Shown here: positions 1-12,499 of the stretch, in pieces
Layout: each line of letters opens with the position of its first letter
Numbering within the stretch: position 1 is the first letter of the stretch
Assembly (NCBI RefSeq): GCF_006345805.1
Contig: NC_043007.1
Span: 47,926,001-47,990,000 of the forward strand
Reading direction: 5' to 3'
From: Octopus sinensis
Lineage: Eukaryota
DNA length: 64,000 nucleotides
Position numbers and translations under genes: made by a program
The notes under the pieces: generated by a model
What the model was told of the DNA's origin: nothing
What the model saw: the letters and a program-made list of their open reading frames with translations, nothing else
Database searches by the model: none

Positions 1-450
1 CAAGCACCCACTACCTCGTATTCATTCTTCCGGCATAGTAGCCAGTGAAGTTTTAGGGTTATCTTGTGTCTGCGCTTGTACTCTTTCTGCATAATATTTT
101 TACAAACACTAACAATGTAAACCACGCTTTCTATCCTCTTCCCACTCATTCTGCAGAGGTTCGTTGCACTTGTGTGGTATATATCTCTTTCATTGAGTTG
201 GTATTCAATGCTTGGTTCTGGGCAACGACAATTAATCTTTCAATCTTCTTTTTAAGGTCATCCTTGCTGAGCCCCCGCCATGTTGCTTCCTGGTCTTTCA
301 AGTTGTCAGTTTCTTCTTTCTCGTTGACTATTCGTGATTGGAATTCATTAACACTCTCAAGTCCGTTGCTGGTAAATCCTTCTGCATTAGCAGCATACTG
401 TAGCAGGTCTTGTTTGCTGTTTAATAAATACTTTGCCATGTTTTTCTTTC
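1..450 (-). mobile_element. Fragment of an R4/Dong-like (RLE) non-LTR retrotransposon, post-RT region
   Basis: ORF 146..439 (MAKYLLNSKQDLLQYAANAEGFTSNGLESVNEF...) is nearly the same peptide as ORF 2063..2341 on the + strand, which follows RT thumb-like KYLG and RLY..R..GG.GL-like motifs. Boundaries approximate. Confidence 0.7.
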
Positions 451-454
451 ACTC

Positions 455-730
455 TCACTTTCCTTTTCAAATGAAACTTGAAAAATTCGATGTGACCTCT
501 ACGAAAGAGGAATGTATCTGTCCTCATTCCTTTCAGTTACGTCCACTAGACAACCTCTTTCGCCAGCTAACAGGCAAAGGAAAACTGCATTGTCTTCCCG
601 ATTGAAGGAGGGCGGTGGGGCAGTCGTCTCTCTGGCCTCAATCGGCAGACGGATCTGTCCCGTATGCAATAGCAGCTGTTCGACATAACCCCGCAAGTCA
701 GTAATGCCCGGACGCTGATTAAACACTTAC
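455..730 (-). mobile_element. Tx1/L1-clade LINE 3' fragment
   Basis: Shares blocks (aaggaaaactgcattgtc, cagacggatc, gttcgacataac) with the longer Tx1-like fragment at 53690-54890. Confidence 0.55.
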
Positions 731-774
731 AAATTACGGAGGTCCAACATGTATGACTTCACGGGCTGACGGCT

Positions 775-786
775 ATAATAATAATG

Positions 787-868
<82 letters not shown>
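775..868. repeat. (AAT)n microsatellite
   Basis: Perfect AAT run. Confidence 0.98.
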
Positions 869-870
<2 letters not shown>

Positions 871-1377
871 CTGATTGGAAGTGTTATCATGTACATTGTT
901 TTGTCTTGGTATAAAAGATGGGCTACAGCAAATATTCTGCTCAATACCACAGATTTGCTTGTCAGTTGTTTGACCTTAACCAGTTGAGCATGTCCCTTAG
1001 TGGCTGACGATATGTGCATCTCTGATCACGAGAAGAAGTAGTGGGGGAGCATCATAGCCATGTGTTGAGAAGGATTCTTTGGGGTTTGAATAATTCACCT
1101 CTGGAAACATGGGTGGTTCTTTCAACATCCTTAAACAACCCTTATTCAGAGACCTTTTGAGCGGGATGGGCTACTCAACCTGAAGAAAATTCTAACTGGG
1201 CCCCACCTGCAAGGTCATGTGCTGTTTATCTTGATATGAGATCACCATGTCGCGCACATATGGTTGTGATGCATGTGCCTGGTGTACCTTTATCAGACGG
1301 GTAGTCATGATGGGTATATTGGGCTTCGTATATTTTACCCCAGTGTCATTTTGATGGCATGCTCTGCTCGCTCACTC

Positions 1378-1378
<1 letters not shown>
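869..1378 (+). mobile_element. ~0.5 kb non-coding interspersed element lying between (AAT)n tracts (copy 1)
   Basis: Same sequence recurs at 51982-52533 (+), 45101-45517 (+, degenerate) and ~29700-30225 (-). Confidence 0.8.
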
Positions 1379-1420
<42 letters not shown>

Positions 1421-1421
<1 letters not shown>

Positions 1422-1805
1422 GGATCTTTTCGGTTTGAACGGCAGTTTTTAACATAATTTCTAGGTAACTAAAACATTTTAAACTTCGTATACTGGTAGA
1501 ATGTGTTTATAAAACATCTTTTTCTCTTGGCTTTATTGAGAAAATTCTATAGTTTGTAAGATATTTGGTCATTAATTTCTTGCATTTCTGCAATTTCAAC
1601 CAACCAATGACCGTCTATTGAGGTGAAAAGATTCTGTGCCGTATGAATATGTCCCTCGTTTAAGAAACAGTTTGGGTTTATTTACATTTGTGAAGAAAAA
1701 AAGATACCCTTCCCTCACCCCTAACCCTAACCTTAACCCTAACTAACCCTAAATCTAAAATAAATTGAAATGCAATAGATCGATTCTAGGGTCATAACTA
1801 TGGGT
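1421..1805. repeat. Unclassified repeat with an internal telomere-like (CCCTAA)n tract
   Basis: ccctaaccctaaccttaaccctaactaaccctaa at ~1719-1752. Element boundaries are a guess. Confidence 0.4.
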
Positions 1806-2315
1806 GTCATATGAAATGGAAGATTCGGATGATGATAGGTGCAAGTACCTTGGGATCCTGGAGCTGGACAATATCATGCATAGCGAAATGGAAGACAAGA
1901 TCATCACTGCATATTTGAAACGCCTTAAACTTCTCTTGAAGTCAAAAGCTCAACGCAAGGAACCTTGTGACTGCCATCATATGGGCTGTTGCTGTAGTTC
2001 ACTCTATTCTGAAATGAACACGAGCGGAGATTAACCAACTCGATCGCACTACGGGAAAGACAATGACAATGCATGGTGCCCTCCACATTAAAGCGAACTT
2101 ACAAAGACTTTACAGGAAGAGGTGTAAAGATGGATGGGGCCTGATTAGCATACGGGAGAGCATCAACAGGGGAAGAAAAAACATGGCAGAGTATTTGCTA
2201 AACAGCAAACAAGACCTGCGACAATATGTTTATAGTGTAGAAGGATTTACCAGCAACGGACTTGAGAGTGTTAACGAATTCCGATCACGAATAATCAACG
2301 AGAGAGAAGAAACCA
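1804..2315 (+). mobile_element. R4/Dong-like LINE fragment (RT C-terminal part), frameshifted
   Basis: Peptides CKYLGILELDNIMH..YLKRLKLLLKS and MHGALHIKANLQRLYRKRCKDGWGLISI parallel YKYLGIHELD..YYRRVRPILKT and MHHPKSDIERLY in the long element at 45550-49720. Confidence 0.8.
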
Positions 2316-2637
2316 CCATCACAAAAAATACAAGCAAATGATAATAATGCTAATGATAACATGCCTTCCCCCACGTGAGAAGAACAAGGTTACCCTTAGC
2401 TACAACTACATTCAGGTCACCGTTTGTCAAAGTGTAGTACCTGTAAGCCCTCCCCGAGACCTAGAAATACCAGACAGTTCCCTTTAGCCTTGGTCAGCAA
2501 CCCCTCTAGAGAAGGTGTCTCAATAAAAACACCGGTTGTTGTGCCACTTCAACATCAAAATTCTCAGGAGTGAAAATGTCGAATACATAGATATAAAACA
2601 ATGGACTGAACGAGACTGCCACTAAAAACAGTGTACA

Positions 2638-3807
2638 CGAGGGTATGTAGAGATAGTGTCACGATAAAAATACTAGTTAATTTCGGTTGTTTTCTTTTTA
2701 ATAACTGTTTTGTTTCTGTTCACATAAATATGACATCTCACTGTTCAAAGAAGACTTCAAATGTGACTGGTAGCCACTTCTCTTGAAAATCGACCAAATT
2801 TGGCATCGTGGTGTTATCAAGTGCCGACAGGAAAAAGGCTTTGGCCCCCAAAGACATTCATGCTGTGACATGGTTGCTACATTAGGAGATGACATTCCAG
2901 CTTTATCAAAATTGCCAAAGTGGGCAGCTGAATTTAGGAAGGGAAAGGTCTGAAAGTCTTGCAGCTGCCACCATCGACGAAAATATTGATTGTGTTCAAT
3001 GTATGCTGATGCAAGACAGGTGATTGATTGTAAATCAAACAGCCAATGTTATAAGCACACCCCGTGAGAGAGTTGAAAATATTATGCACAATGAACTTGA
3101 CATGACGAAGATTTTTGCTCGGTGGATGCAACATCTTTTAACATTTTATCAAAAGGGCACGAGATTGATCACATCAGAGGAAAATTTTACATTCTCTGAT
3201 GTAAATCTTTGAACCTTTCCTTAGGACCTAGGATGAGTGTTGGTTTCACCACTTTGAGCTAGAGACAAAGAGACGATCCATGCGGTGTAAAACACCCTTA
3301 TTCACCAGCTCCAAAGTTTTTTGGGTGCAAAAAGCATTGTGATTATCGATTTCCACGCCATCAATGGTGAGTACTATGCCAACATTCTGAGGCAGTTACG
3401 AAAGGCTATCAAGACCAACCGCCCTAGAAATCTGACAAAAGGAATCGTGTTTCATCAGGAAAATGCTCCAGCACACAAGTCTTTGGTTTCAATGGCTGCT
3501 GTGCGTGACCTTGGGTTTGAACTAGTTGATCATCCTCTCTATTCTCCTTATGAGTGTCATCTAACTATCATCTTTTCTTCAACATACAAATACATTTGAC
3601 TGAGAAGTATCGCATTGATGATGATATCATATCTGCTGTTGACGACTTTTTTTAGCATCTGGGTGAAAGCAACAGGATCCAAGCATTGCAACACCAATGG
3701 AAGAAGTGTGTAAACCATAAAGGGGACTATGTTGAAAAATAAACCTCATTCGGTCACATTGCATGAGATAATCCTGGTCAGGCTAGGAATTTTACGGCCG
3801 CCCCTCG
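2638..3807 (+). mobile_element. Degenerate mariner DNA transposon
   Basis: Ends CGAGGG...CCCCTCG followed by TA. Peptides IFARWMQHLLT (cf. WVPHEL) and VFHQENAPAH..VDHPLYSP (cf. HDNARPH/YSPDL). Multiple stops and frameshifts. Confidence 0.88.
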
Positions 3808-4244
3808 TACAGACTTTTATTGTGGGTATAATAAAAATGTGAACACATTCCCTCTGTGCTATGACATAGAGGCTAAATTGGTCTAAGCATGCGGTTGACA
3901 GTAGATACAGCTGCTACTGATGCGCAAAGACAAAACAAATATGGATTTAGCCATACCTCTACAGCCGCTGAATGGTTTTGTCTGTTATTGGAATACATCT
4001 GTGCTTTTTAGCACTATGCATCTATACGAGAAGTTTCTAAAGACGAATACGGTAGCATTGTTACGTGGTCGCTCATAATGCTACAAATAACAGTAAAGCC
4101 TTGCTTAAATCATATTCTATCAACTTAAAAGGAAATATAGATAAACTAAGTAATGTAACTGGGTCAAAACAGACGGGATGGTCATGGCTGGAACGCATTT
4201 GAGTTTAGATTCGTTCTATCAAGTCTGACCTAGGGCTAAGCTGC

Positions 4245-4334
4245 CGCTACTGCTGCTGCTGCACCTCCTCTCCTTCTTCTTCTTCTTCTTCTTCTTCTTC
4301 TTCTTCTTCTTCTTCTTCTTCTTCCTCCTCCTCA

Positions 4335-4367
<33 letters not shown>

Positions 4368-4377
4368 CGCTGCTGCG

Positions 4378-4454
<77 letters not shown>

Positions 4455-4464
4455 CGCTGCTGCG

Positions 4465-4520
<56 letters not shown>

Positions 4521-4546
4521 CACTACTACTACTACTACTACTACTA
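4245..4546. repeat. Compound microsatellite (GCT)/(CTT)n/(CTA)n
   Basis: Visible simple repeats. Confidence 0.95.
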
Positions 4547-4849
4547 GTATAGCTCTATACAGAAAGAATCAGTATTTTATATGGAGATCTTTTACGATAG
4601 CGATGCTGTAATGATATAAAATAGATAAAGTTCCAATAGATTACTCAGAAAACCTTATTGTTTGTGTGTCATACTGTATTAGGTTTCCACTACAAACAAA
4701 TTGCAACACGATGTCATGACTAAGATCTTTATCGTCGTCAGGAACAGAGGTCTTCGAACAATTCTGAAAAGATAACATTCTCAGTCGTTGGTAGCTAATG
4801 GCGCAGCAAGTGACAGGCGAAGATTAATTAATGATTTATCTTTGATCTT

Positions 4850-5120
4850 TTACTTGAGTCGATCGAATCGAGACCAGTACTTATTATTTTTTAAAGCCTG
4901 GTTCTTAATCTATATTTTGTTTTGTCGAATTGCTAAGTCATTGGTACGTAAACACACCCTCATTGGTTGTCAAGCGGTGGCGGGGGATAAACACAGACAC
5001 AAAGACAGAAAGACACACACAAATAAATACATACATACATGCATACATATATACATACATACATACATACACACACACATACATACATACATATATACAT
5101 ATATACATATATATATATAA

Positions 5121-5208
<88 letters not shown>

Positions 5209-5310
5209 GTACACACACAACAGGCTTCTTTCAATTTCTGTCTACCAAATCCACTTACAAGCCTGGAACCACGTAGTAAGGAAACAAACTTATTATCACA
5301 CAGCCCCGCC
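4850..5310 (-). mobile_element. SINE family B (tRNA-like head, central microsatellite), degenerate copy
   Basis: Matches copies at 18405-18798 and 42708-43107 (caggcttctttca...ctaccaaatccac; ggttgtcaagcg). Confidence 0.75.
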
Positions 5311-5825
5311 AATGTTGAAATTCCCAGTACACTTTCAGTAAAAGTATATTGAACGATATTGTCATTAATGGATTATAAGGATTAAAATGAACTATTCAGA
5401 TAATTAACAAATATCTCTGAAATGACGGGATAATCACGTTTGAAAATTTTTTGGGTTAAATGTAAACACGATCAAGAGTTGATCTAAGGATAAGCAATAA
5501 TTTATTACTTACATTTTGCACTTTTATTTCTTAATTCAATGTCTTCTTTATGATAGCAACAGAAAACACATTTTTTCGTTGTTGTTGTTCGCAAGCGCAT
5601 ATGTGTGTGTACAAACAATATTTTATCAGCAACTAAATTCTAACTTCACAACTAGACATGTGACACAATGCTCATAAAGATAACGATGAGGATGATGCTG
5701 GAAATAAGAATGAGATAAACAATGATAAAGATGATGATGTTGTGAAGATGGCCTCGCTGGTGGCGATGGTGATGATGATGTTAACGACCGTATAAGAATC
5801 TAATCATCTCTTAATTTTTTTTCAG

Positions 5826-5848
5826 GGTTATTTGCCAAGTCCCTTCAA
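5826..5848 (+). CDS. CAP/CRISP gene, 23-nt micro-exon (phase 1 to 0): xLFAKSLQ
   Basis: tttttttcAG acceptor, perfect GTAAGT donor, and frame joins the phase-0 exon at 11155. Confidence 0.65.
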
Positions 5849-5954
5849 GTAAGTAAAACTACATTTTATTTATTTATTTATTTTAGAAATTTAATAAATT
5901 TTGAAAGCTGCTAATGCTACAGTGACGGTGTAAATTTATCGGTAAAATCATTTT

Positions 5955-6148
5955 GGCTTCAAATTTTGGCACAATGCCAGCAATTTCGGAGGATGTTGAT
6001 TACATTTACCCCAGTGTTCAACTGGTAATTATTTTATCAACTGCGAAAGGTTGAAAGTCAAAGTCAACCTCTGAGGAATTTGAACTCAGAATATAAAGAC
6101 GGACTCATTTTGTCCAGCGTGCTAACGATCTGCCAGCTCGCCGCCTTT
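5955..6148 (-). mobile_element. SINE family A copy
   Basis: Reverse complement of ggcggcgagctggcag...gttctgagttcaaattcc...gttgactttg. Confidence 0.8.
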
Positions 6149-6674
6149 AACTTTAAAATCATATTGATTCAATTTAAGACAAACTTTGACATTTCAACAT
6201 TAATTGTTGATGTAAAACTTAAAGAGAATGAATCTTTACAAGGTTTTATATTCCGTTTTATTAACAGGCAGTGAATTAGCGCAATCGTTAGAGCGTTGGA
6301 TAAAATGTCTCACCTTCCTCGTTCCAAGTCTCCAACTTCAAATCCCGCTGAGGACAACTTTGTTCCTCATCCTTCATGCATGGGCGGTAGATAACCGGAG
6401 CTGTAAAAGAAAAAAAATCGGACCAAGTTGCTTGCAGTTTTCGTCTCGGCCCTTTGTGTGTTCAGTTCAAATCTCACTATGGCCTACACTGGTAGTAAGC
6501 TTCATCCATTGTCTGGTTTAACACCACCACATTAGTTTTTTGGTTCTTTAGCGGCCCCCCACTCCTTTTGCAACGATTCGAGCCAGGTCTTGATTAAATA
6601 ATCAGTATAATAATCTTTTGTCGAAATGTCTTGTAATTATGAAGTAGCTCTGTTATCATATTTCCATGCAGTGT

Positions 6675-6860
6675 AAGGCCACGAGCTGGCAAAATTGTTA
6701 GCACGTCGGACAAAATGCTTAGCGGCATTTCGTCTGGCTATACGTTCTGAGTTCAAATTCCGCTGAGATCGACTTTGTCTTTCATCCTTTCGAGGTTGAT
6801 AAATAAAATAAGTGCCAGTTGAAGACTAGTGTTGATGTAATCGACTATATCCTTTCCCTA
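6675..6860 (+). mobile_element. SINE family A copy
   Basis: gagctggcaaaattgttagcacg...gttctgagttcaaattccgc...gactttgtctttcatcc. Confidence 0.8.
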
Positions 6861-7499
6861 AAAAAAAAAAGAAAGAAAAAACAGTCATTTTGCTTACAGT
6901 GGAAATATAGAGTAAAAATAATAGAGGAAACAAAGATTACTAATAAGTATTTTGTTTGTTTGCCTGTTCTTGAAAATCAAAATTGCTTTATATGTGTTTT
7001 TCATGAAATCTGTGGAGCGATACATGTCATTTTTAGGCCATATGCCATTCTTCAAATAGATAAACTATTTGGAGCTAACGTAAGTGGTGAAAAATTTCGA
7101 CGTAGGTACTATTCGGATATCAACCAGTCCACTTCAGCAATCCTCAGTAATCCTTCAGTATTCCGGAGACTCTCCATAAATTAACTCAACCTGCTAGAAA
7201 TAACGGTTAAAAATCGACCAAATTACATCCTACAGTTTTTGGTGGTACTCACATTACCATGTCTAAGGAAAAACAGGATTTGCTTGAAGGCGATTTACTT
7301 GGAATTAAAGCAATAGCAATTACAAACAATATGTTAGGCGCTGGGAAAAGAAAGGTCACGCTGTGTTGACCATATCTTGTTACACCACATGAAGTGCCAC
7401 AGATGACCCAACAATGCATTAAGGGCTATAAAATGAGGCTCTTACGGAAGATATATTCTAAAAAAATCAGGGATCCTTTTTAGCTTTTATTGTTGAATT

Positions 7500-8957
7500 T
7501 TTTACTCGGCCCAATGATTTGACTGCGGCCATGTTGGAGAACCGCTTTGAAGAAATTTGGTCGAACTTATTGACCCCCAGTACTTAATATTTCATAAAGC
7601 TTGATACTTATTCTATAGGTGTCTTTTGCCGAACCACTAAGTTAAGGGGACGTAAACATACCAACACCGGTTGTCAAGCGGTGGTGGGGAACAAATGCAG
7701 ACACATACAGATAGACAGACACACACACGCACATATATATTAGGTATTCCATTAATAAGGTGGGGTTTTTTATACTTTTATTTTTCAGAATTAAGATAAA
7801 CGAAGTTCTTTTTTAATCTAAAATATACTCTCCTTCATTTTCTACCATGATAGACTTGTAAGGCCCCTCTTCCAAAATTTATTTGTTCGTGACAAAAAAT
7901 GCTCCTCCAGTACTGTTCTGCCCTTGTCCACAGAATTTATATTTTTTCCGTCCAAATGATTTTGAAGACTGCAGAATAAATGATAATCAGATGAGACAAT
8001 GTCCGGCGAATATGGCGGGTGGCGCATCGTTTCCCATTCAAACTGCTCCAGCCTTTGGAATGTCATCATCACTGTATGTGGCCGAGCATTATCCTGATGG
8101 AAGAACACCTTCAGTCTTGAAAGCAAAGATGGTCGTCTTTTTTTCTAGCGCTGACTTAAGCCGCTCAAGCTGCTCGCAGTTAATCTCCTTTGTTATCGTT
8201 TGGTTTGGGTTTAAAAGTTCAAAGTGGACTAAACCTTTCATATCCCACCAAACAGATAACAATACCTTGCGTGGGTGAAGACCTTTAACCTGCTTTGCCG
8301 GTGTTTCTCCTTTCCCTACCCACTGTCTTCAGCGTTTGACATTTTTATAGAGAATCCATTTCTCGTCACCAGTCACTATTCAGTCCAAAACAGGTTCATT
8401 CGTGAGACGTGACAGCAAAGAAGAGCACAGATTCACTCTTTGCGCGCGATCAAACTCGGAAAGTTTGTGAGGAACCCATTTACCCAATTTGATAACTTTT
8501 TCGATGGCACGCATCGATTGGATGACCAAATTCATGCTTCTCTGCTAGTTCCTCAACAGTTACGATGGGATTTTGCTCTACCAGTTTTTGCATGACGTCC
8601 TCGTCGAGCTCTGCTGATCTTCTAGGACAAGGACCGTCTTCTAGGCTGTATTTCTGGAACCACTGTTGACACTGGCTTACGCTTATTGTCCGATCCCCAT
8701 ATACTGCATTAATATTCCTCGCACTTTCCGTTGCGTTGTTGCCTTTATTGAACTCATAAAGCAAAATATGCCGAATATGTTCTTTTGTCACTTCCACTAT
8801 AGCTTTGAAAAATAACTGTTAAAATTGAACTGCACTCTTTAAAACTTGCACTAAGAATAAGTAGAAGGTAAAATTACTATCTGCTAATATAGCGAGTTCC
8901 CCCTCCGACTTTTAGTTCATGCAATTGAAAACGCCGCATTATTTATAGGATGACCCA

Positions 8958-9026
<69 letters not shown>

Positions 9027-9185
9027 GTATACGACAGGCTTCTTTCAGTTTCCGTCTACCAAATCCACTCACAAGGTTTTTGTCGGCCCAAGACAATAGC
9101 AGAAGACACCTGTCCAAGGTGCCTCACAATGAGATTAAACCCGAGACCTTGTGGTTAGGAAACAAACTTCTTACCACACGGACAC
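7500..9185 (-). mobile_element. SINE family B copy split by a mariner insertion
   Basis: One half at 7500-7739 and the other at 8959-9185, in the same order as intact copies. Confidence 0.8.
7740..8958 (-). mobile_element. Mariner transposon, near full length, transposase frameshifted
   Basis: ORFs 8480..8797 (HIRHILLYEFNKG..HTH) and 7842..8126 (FFHQDNARPH..HPPYSPDIVSSDYHLF). Imperfect TIRs ttaggtattccattaataagg / attatttataggatgacccaa. Confidence 0.93.
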
Positions 9186-9919
9186 CCCTGCAGCTTGACA
9201 AACATGATATTGGTGTTTGGCGCCATTTTAGTAAGTCATGGCTATCTGAGAAGCGCATAAAATTCGTCCTGGTCAGTGTCGCTCGGCTACTGTTCAGTTA
9301 ACACAGTCTCTCAACTGTAAATGATTTATTTCTGTTAATATTTATTATTAGAACATACTGTTTTTTGTTTATTTCTGTAGGCAGTGGGATACTGTATAAA
9401 TGACTTGTTTACTTCAGCTCATATTTATCTATGCATAAAGCAACGTCCATAATATCAGTGAGGAATGTCACGAAGAAGAAGGACGTTAAAGAGTACGCCA
9501 ACGGAAAATTTGTCAAAATTCCATCCTCATGGAGCAAATGAATTGCACCGTCGTGCAGTTTCAGCATAGGAAGCACAGTGTATTGGACTTCAACGTAATG
9601 TAGAGATTGTATGAGATGAGGGTAGAAGGGTGAGAGGAAGGGAGGGAGGGAGGGAGAGAGAGAGATAGAGAGAGGGACAGACAGACAGACAAACAAACAG
9701 AAATGGAGAAGGGTGGTATAATGAAGACAATATCAGAAACGATAGAAAACGTCTCCTGTGGAGGACTATGTGAGATGGTAACAGTCTAAACTTGCAATAA
9801 AAATTATGACTTTTCTCAAACATTATTCCAGCAACGCCACTTATATGATGTTTCCGTTTCAATTTATCTCGGAAGGTCTAAGTTCAAGCTTATAAATGAA
9901 ATTAGTATTAGTATATATT

Positions 9920-10148
9920 TCTTTATTACCCACAAGGGGCTAAACATAGAGGGGACAAACAAGGATAGACAAAGGGGTTAAGTTGATTACATCGACCCCA
10001 GTGCGTAACTGGTACTTTATTTATCGACCCCGAAAGGATGAAAGGCAAAGTCGACCTCGGCGGAATTTGAACTGAGAACGTAGCGGCAGACGAAATACCG
10101 CTAAGCATTTCGCCCGGCGCGCTAACGTTTCTGCCAGCTCGCCACCTT
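9920..10148 (-). mobile_element. SINE family A copy (well preserved)
   Basis: Near reverse complement of 17170-17400. Confidence 0.85.
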
Positions 10149-10419
10149 CAGTTAGTATTAGTATAGTACTATCGTGTCATCGGATATTTGTAGTTTTGTA
10201 TTTGCATAACATTCCTACTATATCCATTGTGCGTCTTTCTTAATTGTCTTCCTGAAGCTTGTTTTAATGCAAAACCGAGATTTGGTTTATAAAAAAGCAA
10301 AAGAGGATATCGCAAATAGAAGACGACTAGTTTCTCAAACAGACAGAGTCAGCGACAACAAAGGAGAGAATTCGGAACAAATTAGTCTGATGAATATATT
10401 ACGAAAAATGTAACATTGA

Positions 10420-10620
10420 ATTCAAACTTTGGCACAAGACCAGCAATTTCGGGGGATGGGGAAGTCGATTACATTGTCCCAGCACTAAACTGGTACTTAT
10501 TTTATCCACCCAGAAAGGATGGAAGACAAAGTCGATTTCGGCGGAATTTGAACTCAGAACGTAAAGACGAAGAAATGCCGCTAAGCATTTTGTCCGGCAT
10601 CCAAACGATTCTGATAGCCT
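10420..10620 (-). mobile_element. SINE family A copy
   Basis: cggcggaatttgaactcagaacgtaaagacg..aaatgccgctaagcattt. Confidence 0.8.
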
Positions 10621-11154
10621 TACACGAGAAATATAATATTGAGGAATAAAGTCGTGTCTGTTCAAAACGTCTGATGATTCCATAAACATCAAAGAATGTG
10701 TTTATGTATAGATTCTTTCAATCAATTTTGAAAGCCAAAGTGGGCAGAATGTAGGAAAATACAGACGGCATCTTTTGGTGACTAAACTCTTCATTATAAC
10801 GCATTTTCACAGTTTAAAAACTATTTTATGTTGTTAGGTGATATAGAAATTACTATTTCCAGAGGTTGATGGAACACTAGCACTATACTGAAATAGAAAA
10901 ATTGAACACAGTCGTACAAGAATCATATTGAAATAACAAACTAATATCCTAGATACACTAGCATCATGTGTTAGCATTATGTTAAAATAACTTACTATTA
11001 CCATAAACCTATTAGCACTATTTCAACATGAATTTTTCAAGACATATATCGCATCTATTTTATATAATTCCGTTTTTTTTTTGTTTATTTTGCTTAATTT
11101 AAAAAAGTTACTGTGACACTTTATTTTTAAAATGTTACTATTTTCTAATTAAAG

Positions 11155-11230
11155 GATTGCCCTAAAATGTACGGTGGAATAGAGGGTCATAGTGCTTGCG
11201 TCGCAAAATCTTCAAATACGATCACATCTG
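11155..11230 (+). CDS. CAP/CRISP module 1 exon: N-terminal Cys motif DCPKMYGGIEGHSACVAKSSNTITS
   Basis: AG at 11153-54, GTAAG at 11231, phase 0 to 1. Homologous to exon 60021-60102. C-x3-Y-x5-H-x-A-C resembles the N-terminal HT(A/M)C motif of invertebrate antigen-5-type CAP proteins. Confidence 0.88.
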
Positions 11231-11944
11231 GTAAGATACACTTTTTGTTCCTTTCATTCAGTTTCATTTTGAGATTGGCAGGTACAACAGCAGCAACAAC
11301 AACAACAACATATTGAATCACTATCAGTTCCAATCGTTACAATTTGCCGGTAAAATGTTTTGTAATGTTTGTGCTCAGATTCGTATTGTGAAATTTGTTG
11401 ACGACGAACATAAATATATCTTTTAATAAAATGTTAGTCTTTCACAGGAATCTTTCCTAAACGGATTATTACCTTTATGACAACATTAACTGAACCATGT
11501 AGACTTAAGTGTTTTGTCTAGTGTTACAACAGAACCGAATATGCGGTGGTGATTTGACGATATGTATTGTAACGCCATACATACATAGACAATCCTCTGT
11601 CAATTATAAGAGAACTCATTTGTTACCTGCATGTCTGTTACGTGGCTTTAATAGTAGAAAACAATTAGGAAATGACTATAAACAATTACTCCTTCATATA
11701 ATCCAGTTCATTGTTTTGGTGCTATTTGTTTCCTATGTTTCACTGAAATGTGATTTTAGAGAACTGTCGTTGTAAGTCCGTATAGCAAATGAAATTCTCT
11801 CCGTACTTAGTAGTACAGGATGTTATGACTGTAATGCATTATCAGTTAACATATATTGACAACATTGAACGTTACTCTGATAGTATCTAAATAACTACAA
11901 AAGAGCATTTGTGAATAATAATAATAAGAGGCTTACACAACTTA

Positions 11945-12162
11945 TTGGTTTCGAATTTAGAAACAAGGCCAGCAATGTCGGGGGGGGGGTATAAGTCAAT
12001 TACATCGACCCCAGTGCTCAACTGGTACTTACTTTATCCACCCAAGAAGAATGAACCGCAAAATCGACCCCGGCGACATTTGAACCCAGACCGTAAAGAC
12101 GGACGAAATGCCGTTAAGCATTTTGCCCGACGTGCTATCGATTCTGCCGGCTCGCCGCTTTA
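11945..12162 (-). mobile_element. SINE family A copy
   Basis: Same core as the other copies. Confidence 0.8.
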
Positions 12163-12499
12163 GGCACATACAAAATATCAATTTAATGAGGTGTTACATA
12201 AATACCATCAATTATTAAATTCCATATGAAGTTAATTTCGAGCTTCGTACATTGCGTGCCAGATCATAAACGAGAATATCACACTCCTCGGATACTGTTC
12301 AAAACACACATATAGAAGTTGAATTGCCTCTCATTTATACACAAGAGTGGATTTAGACGCATGCAATACAAAGTAACGAAATATTCATTCAGGATACAGT
12401 TCTTCAATATATGATTATATAATGTACCAGGTAAAAAAATGTCTTTACTAGGGATTTAGGGCACGTGTGCGCAGTATTGTCTCCTTCAATCAAAATGCC

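Noticed and set aside
3941-4800. Candidate first (signal peptide) exon of the CRISP gene
   Set aside because: No ATG-hydrophobic-phase-1 donor combination was convincing.
9381-9600. Acceptor-like sites and ORFs 9409..9696 / 9590..9862
   Set aside because: Stops in all + frames, no recognisable domain, and not needed for the reading frame.
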